Part shown: in pieces, positions 62,001-64,000 of the stretch
Layout: each line of letters starts with the position of its first letter
Position numbering within the stretch: position 1 is the first letter of the stretch
Source of the DNA: Polyangiales bacterium
GTDB taxonomy: Bacteria; Myxococcota_A; Polyangia; Polyangiales; Ga0077539
Length of the DNA stretch: 64,000 nucleotides
Assembly: GCA_044229975.1 (NCBI GenBank)
Contig: JBGARZ010000006.1
Location: forward strand, 96,001-160,000
Reading direction: 5' to 3'
Position numbers and translations under genes: made by a program
Notes under the pieces: generated by a model
The model's database searches: none
What the model was told of the DNA's origin: nothing
Seen by the model: the letters and a program-made list of their open reading frames with translations, nothing else

Positions 62001-63559
62001 CCGAAGGCCACCACCGCGCCCGACGCCGTGCGGAGGTACCCATGAACCCGCCCCGCGGCGACCTCCGCCACGGCCTCGCCAAAGGTCCGCAGCAGGGTCG
62101 GCGTCGCGGCGGTCATCGTGCTCCCGTCGGGCAGCACGAGCGAGCCCCAGAAGAGGGCGTCCTGCCCCCGCGCCGCGAGGCTGAACCCGCGCCCCGCCGC
62201 CACCGACGCGGCGTTGAGACCCGCGACCACGACGGGCACCGAGCGGTCCGTGGTGGTTCCGTCGCCGAGGGCGCGCTGCGCGTTGGAACCCCAGGCGTGC
62301 ACGGCCCCGCTCGCCGCCCGCAGCAGCGTGTGTGTGGCGCTCGCCGAGACCTGCGCGATGGGCCCGGCCGCGAAGCCGCGACAGGCTCCGTCGAAGCAGC
62401 GGTCGCGCACCGTCGCGGCGTCGCCGTCTTCGCAGACGGTGCCGTCGCTCTTGGGCACGCAGCGCCCGTTGCGCGGGTCGCACGTCGCCCCGGCGCAGTC
62501 GGTCTCCGCGCAGGTCACGGCGGCTCCCGCCACGCAGGCTCCGGCCAGGCAGCGATCGCTCGTGGTGCAGGCGTTTCCGTCGTCGCAGGTCGCCCCCTCC
62601 GCGCGCCGCTGGTCGGCGGGGCACGCGGCGGCAGAGCCCACGCAGCGCTCCTCGGCGTCGCAGGCGCCGAGGCTCGCGCGGCACACGGTCGTGGCGGGCA
62701 GGAAGCCGTCGCCCGGACACGCCGCGCTCACGCCCGAGCACACCTCGGCCGCGTCGCAGGGCCCCGCGCTCGGTCGGCAGACGGCGCCGACGTTGCCGGG
62801 CGTGTGGGTGACGCCCGTGGTGGGCGCGCACGCGTCGACGGTGCACGGGCTGCTGTCGTCGAGCGGGGCGCCCGCACAGCGGCACGCGTCGCCGACGCCG
62901 TTGCGGAGGGTGTCGCGCTGGTCGACGTTGGCCGTCGACGGGCAGTTGTCGCGCCAGTCGAGGACGCCATCGGCGTCGCGATCGACGGCGGTTCGGTCGA
63001 TGCGAAACTTGATGCGCAGGGTGTCGTTCTGGATGAGCGGGACGTACTGGGTGCGGTCGGTCGCGCGAAACTCGCGCTGGTCGCGCACGATGTCGACGTC
63101 GGCGAAGCCGAGCTCGCGCCCGCCGGAGACGCGCACCCGCACGCGGTACATCGCCTGCGACGCGGTCGCGCGGTTGTCCGAGTGGCGCCACCGCGCGACG
63201 AAGTAGCCCTCCGGGTCGGTGTCGCCGTCGTCGCCGGGCGCGCCGCGCAGGTGTGTGCGGACGCGCTCGCCCGACGGGCCGGTCGTACGCGTGAAGGTCG
63301 CCACCGTTCGCAGCACGGCGCCGCTCGTGGGGTTGAGCTCGTCGACGACCACCGTCGGATCGGCCTCGGCGATGAGGTCGCCGTTGGGCGCCGGGCGCGG
63401 AACCATCGGCGGCAACCACCAGAACCCCGCGCTGCCCCCGCGAGCGGCGTCGACGATGATCGGGGCGAAGGTCTGTGAGGGGTCCTCGGGCGCGCAGGCT
63501 CCCCAGGCGATGGCCGCGACGAACAGGAAGCCGGGCGCGCGACGGTGGCTCGTGGACAT
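59087..63559 (-). CDS. 1490-aa mosaic lipoprotein: TSP3, Cys-rich repeats, RCC1 repeats, PQQ-type propeller, c-type cytochrome
   Basis: WGAC lipobox; DRDADGVLDWRDNCP; CDDGNACTTSDRC; VHAWGSN/VWTWGDN; RTGAN..E..LTPANV...VDGQVHAQPL; CAGCH...GNMP. Confidence 0.85.
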   Translation of the reverse strand: MSTSHRRAPGFLFVAAIAWGACAPEDPSQTFAPIIVDAARGGSAGFWWLPPMVPRPAPNGDLIAEADPTVVVDELNPTSGAVLRTVATFTRTTGPSGERVRTHLRGAPGDDGDTDPEGYFVARWRHSDNRATASQAMYRVRVRVSGGRELGFADVDIVRDQREFRATDRTQYVPLIQNDTLRIKFRIDRTAVDRDADGVLDWRDNCPSTANVDQRDTLRNGVGDACRCAGAPLDDSSPCTVDACAPTTGVTHTPGNVGAVCRPSAGPCDAAEVCSGVSAACPGDGFLPATTVCRASLGACDAEERCVGSAAACPADQRRAEGATCDDGNACTTSDRCLAGACVAGAAVTCAETDCAGATCDPRNGRCVPKSDGTVCEDGDAATVRDRCFDGACRGFAAGPIAQVSASATHTLLRAASGAVHAWGSNAQRALGDGTTTDRSVPVVVAGLNAASVAAGRGFSLAARGQDALFWGSLVLPDGSTMTAATPTLLRTFGEAVAEVAAGRVHGYLRTASGAVVAFGDNSVGQHGVANDGESMHDVPGLPPLVAIAAGHGFGVGVAADGAVWTWGDNTVGQLGVTPSGAPSPPFRVEGLPPIAAVSAGEGHVIALAQNDTVWTWGANLAGQLGRGAPTTDSRWLPPGPIEGLLARRVSAGDNHTLVRALDGAPWGFGANTSGQLPGTMGAGFPQPLSTIPADASRDGAIAAGAATTFVVQGTHLWVSGRNEVGQLGLGHRLDATVAWPEQVVGFGRYDSLVIEQANDTRRTGANVRESALTPANVRERRFGRLARITVDGQVHAQPLFLGGAVNGHDALLVATEANSLYAYDVQGTTPIELWHRNVGQAFDHVTERPLPGGGTFAGCVSNIRSTAGITSTPAVDLRTRTVYFVSKRAIDPGTGAPPNLWSDAVFELHAVDLITGAERAGSPRVIEGSVIGSAADATMSMPRTVEFQPRLQFQRPALLLQDGRIWIAFGGTCDQTPYHGWVMTYDAATLVRAGIYATTTRGAATCSCRYLHGSETAGGTGCPLGNGGGIWQGGRGPASTGTGDVFITTGNTYHPDVSDTAGDPDMTDAVVRLGASATGLAVRDYYIPNNWEALDNNDLDLASGGPTLVPGSDLLLAAGKSAEMLLLRASSLGHRAARDAIEPGMRQRFYFEGLTSSDGPNNPWRGGGHVFGGTVYLPTATGGRVYVWPSRLALQSWSHDRMTDTVGCGAGSLPPYTSTTLHDGVCGSELGVEGAPVQPTCVGDRYTPTNDLLHDRSTALALSARGTTAGTGVLWAVVPTCAGELLAFDAEHLSGGPIYRSTSDTRDGLGGFETFVPPTVAGGRAFVSSGNGVTMYGLFDAIRDGGTPEDCGDPGYCPPTHTGTVPTTWNAIYTAYFDTDTPPGLRRCAGCHTTWAATSNSFYAYMVSGGHITPGASAPTSRLFSPQSKLRWFNPTGNMPGLDAVTAARPRCDLVPTAAVEALRAWAALGACRDDQVLDHGTCVLRAAP

Positions 63560-63692
63560 TTCGCGGCGGCGAGCAAGACGCGCACCGCCAGTGATGCTGC
63601 GAGAATGAGCGCGCCCGGTTGGCTCGCGGCGCGACGTCGGCGACTCGCCAGCGAGTCGTCGGTGTCCCGCGTCGAGCGACGGCCGGAGACTC

Positions 63693-63707
63693 CTTACAAA
63701 TTCTTAC
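63693..63707. promoter_or_regulatory. OmpR/CpxR-type tandem direct repeat
   Basis: CTTAC-AAATT-CTTAC (GTAAG-N5-GTAAG on the minus strand), an AT-rich island in a divergent intergenic region. Confidence 0.5.
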
Positions 63708-63787
63708 CGTCCCTGCGTCAGGCGACGGCGGGCGCGTAGCATGCGGGGGCAACGCACTTCCGCCCCATGGAGAGGACCACCCGACAC

Positions 63788-64000
63788 ATGCCCCAGACAT
63801 CCCTGCTTCGCTCCGCCGTCGCGCTCGCGCTCGCGGTGACGCTCTCGCTTCACGGCGCGACCGCGCACGCCGACCCCGTCACGCTGACCGGCGCGAACCT
63901 CCAGTTCACGCCCCCCGCCGGGTGGACCGGGCAGGCGTTTGGCCCCCAGGTCGCGCAGTTCGCCCACGGCGCCGTGGAGGTGGACGTCTTCGCCCCCGTC
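63788..64000 (+). CDS. Partial secreted protein (runs off window end)
   Basis: MPQTSLLRSAVALALAVTLSLHGATAHA-DPVTLTGANLQFTPPAGW...; GGAGAGGA upstream; not in the ORF track. Confidence 0.7.
   Translation, partial: MPQTSLLRSAVALALAVTLSLHGATAHADPVTLTGANLQFTPPAGWTGQAFGPQVAQFAHGAVEVDVFAPV

Noticed and set aside
63730..63745. GGGCGCGTAGCATGCG as a sigma54 promoter for the last gene
   Set aside because: Spacing fits, but the match to TGGCAC/TTGC is poor and likely chance in GC-rich DNA.

Overview
GC-rich bacterial chromosome segment. The gene content points to Myxococcota, probably Polyangia-like (inference): MYXO-CTERM sorting signal, PEGA proteins, eukaryote-like Ser/Thr kinases, an FHA-sigma54 activator and Cys-rich lipoproteins. 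About 48 credible CDSs; most other ORFs in the supplied track are GC-rich shadow frames. The left edge (1-2500) is a lower-GC accessory patch with a truncated effector-like ORF missing from the ORF track, a duplicated-domain partner gene and an internally deleted IS91/ISCR transposase remnant next to uvrB. Core or metabolic genes include uvrB, rpmB, glgP, gloB, a cN-II-type 5'-nucleotidase, eutB without eutC, an AddA/UvrD-like helicase with a degenerate nuclease, a deoxyhypusine-synthase-like gene and a LeuD-LeuC-type aconitase fusion. Non-coding elements seen directly: a guanidine-III riboswitch before gdx/sugE, two long inverted-repeat elements (REPIN/MITE-like), sigma54 -24/-12 promoters with candidate enhancer sites, and several operator-like palindromes. 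Best candidates for new biology: (i) two orphan effector+partner cassettes, one an HExxH metalloprotease with a putative immunity gene; (ii) a Spo0M/arrestin - (DPYxK)10 - Tudor fusion; (iii) a 1490-aa TSP3/Cys-repeat/RCC1/PQQ-propeller/cytochrome c mosaic in a kinase-PEGA-FHA/sigma54 locus; (iv) a solo nuclease-dead AddA-like helicase. No CRISPR array, rRNA, tRNA or prophage was recognised. All family calls come from motif recognition, not database searches.
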